Shown: positions 19,781 through 28,877 of the stretch, in pieces
Numbering within the stretch: the first letter of the stretch is position 1
Layout: each line of letters begins with the position of its first letter
From: Candidatus Hodarchaeota archaeon
Lineage (GTDB): Archaea > Asgardarchaeota > Lokiarchaeia > Sigyniarchaeales > SOKP01
Reading direction: 5' to 3'
Assembly: GCA_048886685.1 (NCBI GenBank)
Contig: JBHLKM010000015.1
Coordinates: 1-64,000 of the forward strand
DNA length: 64,000 bases
Notes under the pieces: generated by a model
Databases searched by the model: none
What the model saw: only the letters and a program-made list of their open reading frames with translations
Told to the model about the DNA's origin: nothing
Program-made: the position numbers and the translations under genes

Positions 19781-20743
19781 CTAGTTAATATCCCATTTTA
19801 ATTCTGATGAAATTTTTTTTAATGCGTTTATTAAAGGTTTTATTAGTTTTTTGTCATAAATATTTGGAGAAGATATTCCTTTTTGAGTTTTCCAACCCAT
19901 TTGAGTGCCTTCCCCCATTTCCCTTTGTCCAAATTTTAAAATATTACTAAGATCTCGTACCCACCAGTAAAATCTTAACCATTTTCTGTTTGGATTATCT
20001 TTTGAATAAATGACAGCTAATGCCTTCCATTCACCCATTAACCATTTTACAGTGATCCCGCTTACGGGTAGATAAAAATTAATTGGAAAATTACCATGAA
20101 ATCGTAAATCTAAATCAGTTGATGCGATATTAAAAATTGGTTGATTATATCCTTCTAATATTACTATTTCTCCACATTTTTGACATTCATAATGTGATTT
20201 CATCTTCTCCATTTTATTTGCACATTTTGGACAGGTTCTATTTTCAATAATTCTATACTTAATAATTTCTAAATTTTTTTCTTTTTCTAAATCTTCTTCT
20301 GACTTGGGCTCTTTTTTTCCATAACTACCACTCCAACTCCAAATATCATCAAAAAGTTCGTCGAATTTTTCTAAAGCAGTAATGGTATTATTAAGTACTT
20401 CTTTATCGTAAATTTTAAACATACCTGCATGCTGTAAATTTTTCCACCAGGATAATCTAACATACTTCTCATCTTTTAAATAGGCACTATGACAGATCAA
20501 AGCAGCAAATAATCGATTTTCAGTTTTGCTTATTGTGATTCCTTTTTCACATATTTCGTATTGTTTATTTAAACTAACGTTTTTATGAAAATACTCTCCA
20601 TCTTGAAATTCCCCTTCTTCGATTTTTAATTTTTCCTCTACACTAACTTTACTCTTCTCTTTAATAATCTTTTTACATTGCGGACATTGAAAAATTCCAG
20701 CAACTAATGACTCCATTTCTACATTACATGCAGGACACTTCAA
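19781..20743 (-). CDS. Zinc-ribbon protein with two PC4-like repeats
   Basis: CPAC/CPQC and CPKC/CQKC ribbons, each followed by a repeat (YVRLSWW...IYDK..L...I.AL; WLRFYWW...GWKTQKGIS...IYDKKLI..LI.AL). Confidence 0.7.
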   Translation of the reverse strand: MKCPACNVEMESLVAGIFQCPQCKKIIKEKSKVSVEEKLKIEEGEFQDGEYFHKNVSLNKQYEICEKGITISKTENRLFAALICHSAYLKDEKYVRLSWWKNLQHAGMFKIYDKEVLNNTITALEKFDELFDDIWSWSGSYGKKEPKSEEDLEKEKNLEIIKYRIIENRTCPKCANKMEKMKSHYECQKCGEIVILEGYNQPIFNIASTDLDLRFHGNFPINFYLPVSGITVKWLMGEWKALAVIYSKDNPNRKWLRFYWWVRDLSNILKFGQREMGEGTQMGWKTQKGISSPNIYDKKLIKPLINALKKISSELKWDIN

Positions 20744-20745
20744 AT

Positions 20746-21849
20746 TTAATCTTCACTACTAGTTATTATTAATCGTTCATAATCTAGATTTAATAATTTT
20801 AATTCGTTCTTACTTTCCTTTAAAACTTCATTATTAATGCTTATTAACTCTTTTCTAAGGTCTACCAATCTTTCCTGTATAAAGTCTAATGTATTATCTT
20901 CATTATAAGTAACTTTTTCAATGAATTCAAGGTATTTGAATTTTTTATCCTTACCTGAATAATAATTTTTTAATTCAACTATTTTCTTTTCAAGTTGTGC
21001 CATTTGATATCTGGTTTTTAACAGAAAGGTGAATTTGGAATTCCATTCTTTAAATAAAGTTTCTTGTTTATTTATTTTATCAAAATTAAATTTATCGGAT
21101 AATCCTACTTTCTCTTCTTTTAGATACTTTAGAATTTCCTTATCTTCGTCTATTGCATGATTAATTTTTTTTAAAACAGGTTTTGTATTTAAAATCGGAT
21201 CAAATATTTTTATGAATTCATTGATTTTTTCTTCAATCTCCTTAAATCTTTGATAAAATCCTTCAATGGTTATTTCTATTTTAATGGCTTGATAAATATT
21301 TCCATATTGATCTAAAATATAATATAAATCGTCTGCTAAAGTATAATCATGTTCACCAATTTCGTAAATTAATGAATGGATGACACTACGTTTTTCACAT
21401 CTTACTCCCTTTAATCTTGTGAGAGCTAAATTGAAATTTCTTCTTGTTAAAAACTTAAATTTCTTATTAATTATTAAAAACAAAGTGTCATCTGGAACAG
21501 AAATAGTATCTTGTTCAATTGTTATTGTTTCTTCTCCTAATTTTATTATGAAATCATCATCTTTTTGATCAAACTCTCTTTTACTGCGAATATTTTTAAT
21601 CAATCCTAAATCAATGTAAATTTCAATAAAATCTTCATCCCAAAAATTAACTATGTTACTTTTATAAATCTCATCTATGATTAGAATTCTTTCGTAAGAT
21701 TCTATGAGATTCTTATCTCCTAAATCCTTAAATAAATCATTTCTAATTACATAAAGAAATAAAAGGATATATCTCATATCAACATCATCCATGATGTTAT
21801 CTATTAATTTTGCATCATCCTCTATTGTTAATCTTTTATGTTCCTCCAT
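20746..21849 (-). CDS. Hypothetical protein, putative winged helix plus coiled coil; first gene of the operon
   Basis: FNLALTRLK...LIYEIGEHDYTL wHTH-like segment, then heptad-rich helices. Confidence 0.75.
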   Translation of the reverse strand: MEEHKRLTIEDDAKLIDNIMDDVDMRYILLFLYVIRNDLFKDLGDKNLIESYERILIIDEIYKSNIVNFWDEDFIEIYIDLGLIKNIRSKREFDQKDDDFIIKLGEETITIEQDTISVPDDTLFLIINKKFKFLTRRNFNLALTRLKGVRCEKRSVIHSLIYEIGEHDYTLADDLYYILDQYGNIYQAIKIEITIEGFYQRFKEIEEKINEFIKIFDPILNTKPVLKKINHAIDEDKEILKYLKEEKVGLSDKFNFDKINKQETLFKEWNSKFTFLLKTRYQMAQLEKKIVELKNYYSGKDKKFKYLEFIEKVTYNEDNTLDFIQERLVDLRKELISINNEVLKESKNELKLLNLDYERLIITSSED

Positions 21850-22059
21850 ACCTAAAATCCACTCATCATTTTTTAAATTGCGTAAACGTTTTAGTGAAAA
21901 AGAGTAAGATAACTAATTTATCATTCCTAAAAAATTTTTCTAAATTCAGTAAAATTATTTAATTTAAAAGCAAAAATTTTTAGTTCTTGTTTCCATTTAA
22001 TTATTTAGAAATTTTATATTCATTTTTATATACAATATCAATTTTAGGTGATTATTAAT

Positions 22060-22635
22060 ATGGGACGTCGTAAAAGAAAACAAGTTGCACCGAAAAGGGT
22101 TAAAAGAGTACCTAAAATATTTACATGCCCTGATTGTGGTGAAAAGAGTGTTAAGGTTACTGATATCAAGAAAAAAGCTTTTGCAACTGTAAAGTGCGGA
22201 AATTGCGGTTTAACAAAAGAGGTATTAGTTAATTCCATTTCAGAACCTGTAGATGCATTTGGAGATTTTATTGATATCTATTATGCTGATCAAGAACTTC
22301 AAAGATTAGAAAAAAGAATTCAGAGGTTAAAAGAAGATAATGAATGGGGAGAACTTGCGTTATCTTATTCAATTTTATCAGATCTGTGCAAAACCAAAGC
22401 AGCAGTATTATTAGAAGAAGATGATGTTAACCTGGAAGAAGTGAACGATTGGAAAATGAAAAGTGAGCATTATAAACGACTTGAAAAAGATATGCTTTTA
22501 AAACTTGAAGCGGATGAATTAGAGAGAGGAGTAAAAACGGATGAAGAATCATTATTCGCGGAAAGCGATACAAAAATAAAAAAGGAAAGAAAAATAGAAG
22601 ATATATTTGATGATCCTGGTTTTCTAGAATTTTGA
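22060..22635 (+). CDS. elf1: Transcription elongation factor Elf1 with C-terminal extension
   Basis: MGRRKRK...FTCPDCG...CGNCG...EPVDAFGDFID. Confidence 0.9.
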   Translation: MGRRKRKQVAPKRVKRVPKIFTCPDCGEKSVKVTDIKKKAFATVKCGNCGLTKEVLVNSISEPVDAFGDFIDIYYADQELQRLEKRIQRLKEDNEWGELALSYSILSDLCKTKAAVLLEEDDVNLEEVNDWKMKSEHYKRLEKDMLLKLEADELERGVKTDEESLFAESDTKIKKERKIEDIFDDPGFLEF

Positions 22636-22820
22636 TTTTGATTATAAATTCTTATTCGAAATCAACTATGAATAAGATATAGAATCTATCCATATTTTAC
22701 TAATTCTAAGATTAGGTTAGTAGATAATTTTGCCCTAAATTAAAAGAAATTGAAAAATTTTTACGTTGATGATAGATGGGATAGTAAAATTGCATATATT
22801 TTGATAATTGGCTAAAAAAT

Positions 22821-23279
22821 TCATCCAGATGCCTGTCTGCGACGAGAAAATAGTTCTTTTAACTCTCCCATGATTGCGCCCCTAAGAGATACAGGGCTAG
22901 CAGGTCTAGCAGGTCCAGGTGGCGGACCTCCGGGTGGGCCTCCAGGTGGGCCTCCAGGTGGAGCACCAGGTGGAGCACCAGGTGGTGGTGGAATACTTTT
23001 TGGTGGAGCTCCAGGTGGGCCTCCTGCGGGTGCAGCGGCAGCTGGACCAGCTCCAGAACGTGATTTAAGTGCGCTAATATCACTATTCACTGCATTTAAT
23101 TGATTCTGCAAATTAGAAACCTTCGAATTAATGCCATTAAGGCTTTGGTCTACGAGGTCTGGTATTTTTAAAACAATTTGCATTATTTTTTCAACAATTT
23201 CACCGAAAGCATTTAATTTTTCTTCCATCGGTGCTTTTCTTGTACTATCCATAAACGATGCGAATTCTTCTGCACACAT
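22821..23279 (-). CDS. Coiled coil, polyproline tract and C-terminal amphipathic (WH2-like) helix
   Basis: N-terminal coiled coil, PPGG/PPGA repeats, then SLRGAIMGELKELFSRRR. Confidence 0.8.
   Translation of the reverse strand: MCAEEFASFMDSTRKAPMEEKLNAFGEIVEKIMQIVLKIPDLVDQSLNGINSKVSNLQNQLNAVNSDISALKSRSGAGPAAAAPAGGPPGAPPKSIPPPPGAPPGAPPGGPPGGPPGGPPPGPARPASPVSLRGAIMGELKELFSRRRQASG
22915..23025 (-). repeat. GC-rich 12-bp tandem coding repeat (PPGG/PPGA units)
   Basis: Repeated ccaggtgg(g/a) units on the + strand, within the proline-rich gene. Confidence 0.8.
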
Positions 23280-23409
23280 TTTTCTACAACTTTTGTAATT
23301 TCAAATATAATCTTTCTATTAATTATATAGATTTTTATTTAATAAATTTAAGTCTAAGCAAAGTAATGAAAGTTTGTTAATAATATAAAAAAAGAAGAAT
23401 ATATTTATA

Positions 23410-24033
23410 TTAACTTAATTCAGTTACAGTGTCTTTTAATTTAAGCCATAAGGTATTAATTTCATCTCTTACTTCCTTAAACTGATAAATTTTTTTGAGT
23501 AGAATATCACGAGCTCTATCGAAATCTCTTTGAACATCATTCAATGCTTGGTCAAGAATATTTAATTTATCACCATCAATTAACTTATTTTTTGCTTTTT
23601 CAACGTCTAAAGCTTTTTTTATTACAATAGATCTCTTATTTGCGACATCAGATAACGCTTCTACAAATTCATCTTTCTTTGCGACTAAATACTCTTTTTG
23701 GACAGCTAAATCTTTAATAGCGTTTAAATAAGTATTATTAGCTTTAACATAGGCGTCATTCTCTTTTATTATTTCTTGAAATAGTTTCACTTCCTCATCT
23801 TTAATATTAGATCTATGTTCTCGAGCAAGGGTTTGCATTTGTTTCAAAACATCTCTAAAGGTTCTATTAAGCATTTCTCTAGTAATATTTGCTTTTGAAA
23901 TGTCCTCTGCATACTTTATTTGGGAACTAATTAGAGAACTCTGCGCTCTCGAGAGTTTTTTGAGCTGAGAAGCTAATTCCTTCTCAGACTTTGCTAAGAT
24001 TAATTCATCTTGATGCGTAATTATCGGGCTCAT
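23410..24033 (-). CDS. All-helical coiled-coil protein, possibly BAR-like
   Basis: 207 aa of continuous amphipathic helices; KRS...EKAKNK...DKL...DFDRA pattern. Confidence 0.7.
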   Translation of the reverse strand: MSPIITHQDELILAKSEKELASQLKKLSRAQSSLISSQIKYAEDISKANITREMLNRTFRDVLKQMQTLAREHRSNIKDEEVKLFQEIIKENDAYVKANNTYLNAIKDLAVQKEYLVAKKDEFVEALSDVANKRSIVIKKALDVEKAKNKLIDGDKLNILDQALNDVQRDFDRARDILLKKIYQFKEVRDEINTLWLKLKDTVTELS

Positions 24034-24122
24034 AAACTTCTAAATCTCCTACAATATGTAATATTTTTTTATTCTATAGTTTAATATAACACCTTCTGAT
24101 AAAATATTAATGTAGATTCAAG

Positions 24123-25637
24123 TTATAAATAATTATCCATCTTCTTTTGATCATCTTGGTTATCATAAAACTTATTATAGTCTATTTTTGGAATTTTCGG
24201 CAATTTTTTATTTGTCAATCTCCCATACTTAACAGTTATATAATCTTGTACCTTATCAGGATGCACATAATATGGTATTTGTATTAATAAAACATTGTTT
24301 TGTTTACAAAGTTCTAATTTCGTTAAATCATCTTCAATTCTTTGTTCTAAGTCTTTTAGGGTTTGGTCAAAGTGCGCTAGGGCACGATAATGTTGTTCTC
24401 CTTGAGCTTCAAATGATACACCTAGATTTTTATTATACCCATCTAATTCCATTTGATTCCCCCGAGAGTTTATTAGCCAATCTGGTCGTTCTTTTGGAAA
24501 TTTTTCTTGAAACATTTCTTCAAAGAAGCTTCGACAAATTTTTTCAAATTTTCCTTGAGAGCAATTGGGGCACCAATCACCTCTTTTTAAGTTAGATGGT
24601 CTTCTTTCAAATATGTGGTCTTTATTGCATTGAATTTTTAATTTTTGATGTTGATTTTTGTAATCTTCTGGTTTAGAAAGACATCGACCACCTCTTTTTT
24701 CAATAAGTTTTTGAATTTCTTGGAAAGATCCTCTATATTTTTCACTTATAACTTTGTAACTACATTTCTTACACCAACTTCCTTTCTTCAGACTGCTAGC
24801 TCTAATATCAAACTTATGACCTGCCTCGCATTCAATTTTGAATCTTGCCCTTTGATTGAAGAGTTTTTCTTTCGGATCTTCATATATAATTCCGATTAAT
24901 TTACCGCTCTTCTGGATTATAATATTTTGATGTTCCTCAATAGAACCTCTTTGATTATCTACTCGACTTCTTGTTGCACATTTGGGACACCAGTTTTTGC
25001 TATTTATAATTGAATCTAAAGTAGTTTTCCAAGAATGGTTACATTTACCACATTGGTATATTAATTTAGATTTGACACCTTTGAATTCTTCCGGTTTTGA
25101 TAAAATTTTTCCAGGTTCTCCGGTTTTATTCAACCCAGCTAATTCAATAATCTTTTTTGCTTCTTCAAAAGTATATTTTTTCATAAGTTCTTTATATTTT
25201 TCTTCCCCCATCAATTGCTTCATTCTGGTTTTCATAGTCGAAATTGAAGGTGTTTTTTTACTTTCTTCGCGTAAATGATTACGGACTCTCTCCATACTTT
25301 TGTATTGGTTATATTGTTGTATCCAATATCTGACATCCTTTTCAGAATAGTTTTTAAATTTAGAATTAAGAGTGTGTTTTTCATTATCTAGTTTTTTAGT
25401 TATCCCAACTTCCTTTTTTAAGGAATGAATGAAATTTTTTTCATCATTTGGGATGAAATCAATTACGATTTCTGTGTTTTCGTTTTCTAACTCATCTTTA
25501 AGTTCATAGTTTACATAAAAATCATTAACTAAACCTTCTTCTTCATCAAGAGGTTTATAATCAGTTTCATCCAATTCTATTTCAGTTTTTAAAACTTTTT
25601 CTTCATCATTATTATCTATATTATCATATTCTTTCAA
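24123..25637 (-). CDS. Zinc-ribbon repeat protein with C-terminal PD-(D/E)XK endonuclease-like domain
   Basis: Three C..(G/N/D)H.(W/F)...WC..C repeats; ELDGYN...FEAQGEQHY...D..K...C...LIQIPY; ends QKKMDNYL. Confidence 0.85.
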   Translation of the reverse strand: MKEYDNIDNNDEEKVLKTEIELDETDYKPLDEEEGLVNDFYVNYELKDELENENTEIVIDFIPNDEKNFIHSLKKEVGITKKLDNEKHTLNSKFKNYSEKDVRYWIQQYNQYKSMERVRNHLREESKKTPSISTMKTRMKQLMGEEKYKELMKKYTFEEAKKIIELAGLNKTGEPGKILSKPEEFKGVKSKLIYQCGKCNHSWKTTLDSIINSKNWCPKCATRSRVDNQRGSIEEHQNIIIQKSGKLIGIIYEDPKEKLFNQRARFKIECEAGHKFDIRASSLKKGSWCKKCSYKVISEKYRGSFQEIQKLIEKRGGRCLSKPEDYKNQHQKLKIQCNKDHIFERRPSNLKRGDWCPNCSQGKFEKICRSFFEEMFQEKFPKERPDWLINSRGNQMELDGYNKNLGVSFEAQGEQHYRALAHFDQTLKDLEQRIEDDLTKLELCKQNNVLLIQIPYYVHPDKVQDYITVKYGRLTNKKLPKIPKIDYNKFYDNQDDQKKMDNYL

Positions 25638-25902
25638 TTATTATGATCCTCGCTCTTATTATTACTTCAGATTCTTGTAGAGATTACTTGTGTATATTAA
25701 GGTTTATTTTTTTTATGATATCATTAGGAGCACTTTGATCTCCCCCACAAATACACAAAATCTACAATGTTAACATCTAGTATATATTAGTAGTAATTTG
25801 TCTATACAGCTGTATTTAAATTACAGGAAAAATTTAAACATGAAGTTAATGAGTTATATGATTTAGTTAAGTTGATTAAAATTCAATTATTAAAATTTTA
25901 GT

Positions 25903-26934
25903 TTATATTGGAAAAACTGCGGTTAAAATGTTATCTTTATAGTTTGCCTTTATAATTCTAGCATTAATCTTCTTGCCAATAACACTCTCTGAATTTAATG
26001 TTGGTTCGTTTACAAGTACTTTTACTCCAAAATTATCATCAATTTTTCCAATAAATTCATTTTTCCAGCGACCTTTAGAAATAATTGTTAGTGTTATAAT
26101 TTGATTCTTTTTAACACCTAAGGATGCCACATTTTTCCGCTTGTGAATATTAAAATCTCTTGGACCAAGCTTTAGTTTAATCTTGTATCTTTTTTCTAAT
26201 CTGGATAATTGTTTATAGAAAAAATCCCAACTCTTTGGTCTAATTTTTTTTAACTTTCTTCCCGTTTTATAAATTAAGTACTTCTGGATTCCAATTTGAA
26301 TTTTTTTTTCAGAATATCCTTGATCTCTTAGATTGATTATAAATTTAATGATATTTTCTATATCTTCATCATTTTCTCCTGGAAACCACACAGGAGCAAT
26401 TAATAGATCAATTTTAGAGTTCAATATGATTTTAATATTTTTTAATAGAGTATCCATATTGAAATTTGAATCACACAAATAGCTTGCTTTTTCTTCATTT
26501 AAAGAATTTAAACTTAAATTAATACGTGTTAATCCAGCGATTTCCAATTGCTTAATTATTTCTTCATTAAGGAGCATTCCGTTAGATTGCATGGAAATAA
26601 TTTCAATACCTACTATCTTCCATAGATTTTCTATTAATTCTATAAGTTTTGAATAGAGTAAAATTTCTCCATATGGTGCTAGATGGATTTCTATATTATT
26701 CCTTCCTTTTTTTTCTATTATCGCATCTACTTTCTCGATTAAGTAACTAGGATCAACAATAAAATTATTATTATAATCTCCAGCACTCACAAAACAGTAT
26801 TTACATTTTAAGTTACACAAGGTCAAAGGTTTTAGTTCTATGACATTTGTACCTCGATCAATGACTCCTATATAATCTATTCCATAAAGAGGAATTCCCG
26901 ATTTTTTATCCACATAGAAAATTTCGTCTGTCAT
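25903..26934 (-). CDS. Radical SAM protein with C-terminal TRAM-like domain (COG2100-like)
   Basis: GVIDRGTNVIE, CNLKCKYC, SMQSNG. Confidence 0.88.
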   Translation of the reverse strand: MTDEIFYVDKKSGIPLYGIDYIGVIDRGTNVIELKPLTLCNLKCKYCFVSAGDYNNNFIVDPSYLIEKVDAIIEKKGRNNIEIHLAPYGEILLYSKLIELIENLWKIVGIEIISMQSNGMLLNEEIIKQLEIAGLTRINLSLNSLNEEKASYLCDSNFNMDTLLKNIKIILNSKIDLLIAPVWFPGENDEDIENIIKFIINLRDQGYSEKKIQIGIQKYLIYKTGRKLKKIRPKSWDFFYKQLSRLEKRYKIKLKLGPRDFNIHKRKNVASLGVKKNQIITLTIISKGRWKNEFIGKIDDNFGVKVLVNEPTLNSESVIGKKINARIIKANYKDNILTAVFPI

Positions 26935-26943
26935 ATTAATTTA

Positions 26944-28017
26944 CTAAGATTTATATCGCAAAATACCAACTAATGATCCCAGATTTACCAATTGTTCTCC
27001 GGCAACATTTTCCGTGCTCATAATATATATTTCTCCCCCAGCATTTTCCACTTCAGTTATTATCTCTTCAATTTTTAACTTATGATCTTTGGAAGCTCCT
27101 CGAATCATAATATCGGCAATTAAGAGCTGTTTGATCGCTCCTCTCTCAGAAGCACTAGAAACCTCATCTAATCCTATAACAATAAGATCAGCGTCAAGGG
27201 CGAATTGGGTAATAACACTTTCAACAAGTTCGGTTTCTAATAGAATTTTTACATCTTTTTTTAATTTTGCTAGTTTCTTAGATTTTAATGTTTCAATAAT
27301 TGCACTTTCTGTTCCAGAGCTTGCATAACACGTTTCAATTCTAGTTGAATAGCTAGAATCAAGGATTTTCTTCAAATAGGAAATAAAATGATCTTTAGTA
27401 TTTCCCGGACCACAAATAATTATTAAATTCACATCATGCGATAAAAGATTTTCTCTTACTATCTTGCCTATACTCTCATAAAATTCTAACAATGCTTTAT
27501 TACGATGTGCTTGTTCATATCTTTTTCCTGGAATGTGAGTTTTAATGGTAGCAATCCTTTTATGGCTGAAATTAGTAATGATAGCAATGGTTGCTAAACC
27601 TGTTTCAATTGCTACAAGCAATATAATGAAATTATTTTCAAATTTTGAGCTCTCTTTTATTCGTCTTAGTTCATAATCAGTCCATTTTTCCTTGACGATG
27701 GTAATTTTTTGTAATTTTTCTATATTAAATGTATGATAAGACCCGTAGCTGACAAAATCATCAGGACCTTCAAGAATTTTGCCTTTAACTCTTAGTCGAT
27801 TTGAAAATTCATGAAAAGAAATTGATTCAACCTTCAATTTTAATCTCATCATTTTTCTCTCACCTTTGGATCCTTCTTTCAAGACAACCCTTCTCTGTGT
27901 ACGGGCAGATACCTCATCACCCTCACTTATGATATTATAAAGGGTCCATAAGTCGTTCAGGTTCTCAGGTTTAACTGTAATTTCCTTATGTTTTTGATTG
28001 ATTTCAAGAATTTTCAA
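26944..28017 (-). CDS. pelA: mRNA surveillance protein Pelota
   Basis: PENLNDLWTL, FHEFSNRLRVKG, GSYHT, IPGKR, GPG, VGILRY. Confidence 0.96.
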   Translation of the reverse strand: MKILEINQKHKEITVKPENLNDLWTLYNIISEGDEVSARTQRRVVLKEGSKGERKMMRLKLKVESISFHEFSNRLRVKGKILEGPDDFVSYGSYHTFNIEKLQKITIVKEKWTDYELRRIKESSKFENNFIILLVAIETGLATIAIITNFSHKRIATIKTHIPGKRYEQAHRNKALLEFYESIGKIVRENLLSHDVNLIIICGPGNTKDHFISYLKKILDSSYSTRIETCYASSGTESAIIETLKSKKLAKLKKDVKILLETELVESVITQFALDADLIVIGLDEVSSASERGAIKQLLIADIMIRGASKDHKLKIEEIITEVENAGGEIYIMSTENVAGEQLVNLGSLVGILRYKS

Positions 28018-28158
28018 TGCTCAAAATTAACTCCAAATTGTTACTAATTAAAATTAATCTATAGTCTAAAATAAGCTTATTTTAATTTAAGATTAAGAAT
28101 TTTCAAAAGAAAATAAATAAAAAAAGATAAAAAAATACTTTTATTAAACGAACAAACC

Positions 28159-28314
28159 TTAATCTTTCGCTCCTAAAGCTTCTTTGACTTTTTCAAGTTC
28201 TTCCATGCGTTTCTTCTTTTCTTCTTCCCGTCTTCGGAGTTCCTCTTCATCCACTTTAGTGAGCGTAACACCTTTTTTAATCTCTTCTTGCATATCTTTA
28301 TCAATGGGTGCCAC
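28159..28314 (-). CDS. 51-aa micro-protein with WH2-like motif and charged helix (not in ORF track)
   Basis: GTG start after AAGGGGTTGA; MAPIDKDMQEEIKKGVTLTKVDEEELRRREEEKKKRMEELEKVKEALGAKD*; AT-rich flanks. Confidence 0.75.
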   Translation of the reverse strand: MAPIDKDMQEEIKKGVTLTKVDEEELRRREEEKKKRMEELEKVKEALGAKD

Positions 28315-28421
28315 TTTATATCAACCCCTTTTATTTAAAATTGATGTGAAATAATTAATATTGATATTTACACAAATTATAATAGAATTTATTTATATAT
28401 TTTTCACAAAATATAATATTA

Positions 28422-28877
28422 TCAAGAGTTTATTCTCAATTCCATAAGGAATGCACTTTCCCCAGATTGATAATAATTCTCAATCTTTCTTGGATTTTTT
28501 TTGAAATTAAATTTCTCATATAATCTAATTGCTTGTAAGTTACTCTCTTGAACATTTAAGACTATTTTCTTGATCTCCTTTAATTGTGTTATCTTTTGCA
28601 AAGCATTATTTAAGAGAAGAGCACCATATCCCTTATTTTGAAATCTGGGATTTATGAGAAAATTGATAATATTAATCTGATCTATTTTATCTCTTATAGC
28701 AATTATGAACCCAATCAGCTCATTTTTATTTTTATCATTTACTAATTTTAAAAAGAAAGTATTGCGATCTATTAATTGTTCCATTAATTGCTTCGAAAAA
28801 GCATTTTCCATAAATACCTCCATTTCAAGGGCCATAATTTGATTTAAATCTTTTGAATTAACATTTTTAACTTTCAT
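28422..28877 (-). CDS. RimI/Ard1-like GNAT N-acetyltransferase
   Basis: FQNKGYG, LNVQESN..AI.LYEKFNF, NYYQSGESAFLM. Confidence 0.9.
   Translation of the reverse strand: MKVKNVNSKDLNQIMALEMEVFMENAFSKQLMEQLIDRNTFFLKLVNDKNKNELIGFIIAIRDKIDQINIINFLINPRFQNKGYGALLLNNALQKITQLKEIKKIVLNVQESNLQAIRLYEKFNFKKNPRKIENYYQSGESAFLMELRINS

Noticed and set aside
12938-21849. Calling the operon Wadjet/MksBEFG or ESCRT/Cdv
   Set aside because: No JetD/Toprim nuclease, the SMC head is inactive, and there is no Snf7 or MIT domain.
22859-23103. Alternative ORFs of 74 and 77 aa and a possible CRISPR-like repeat
   Set aside because: Shadows of the GC-rich PPGG coding repeat; no spacers and no cas genes.
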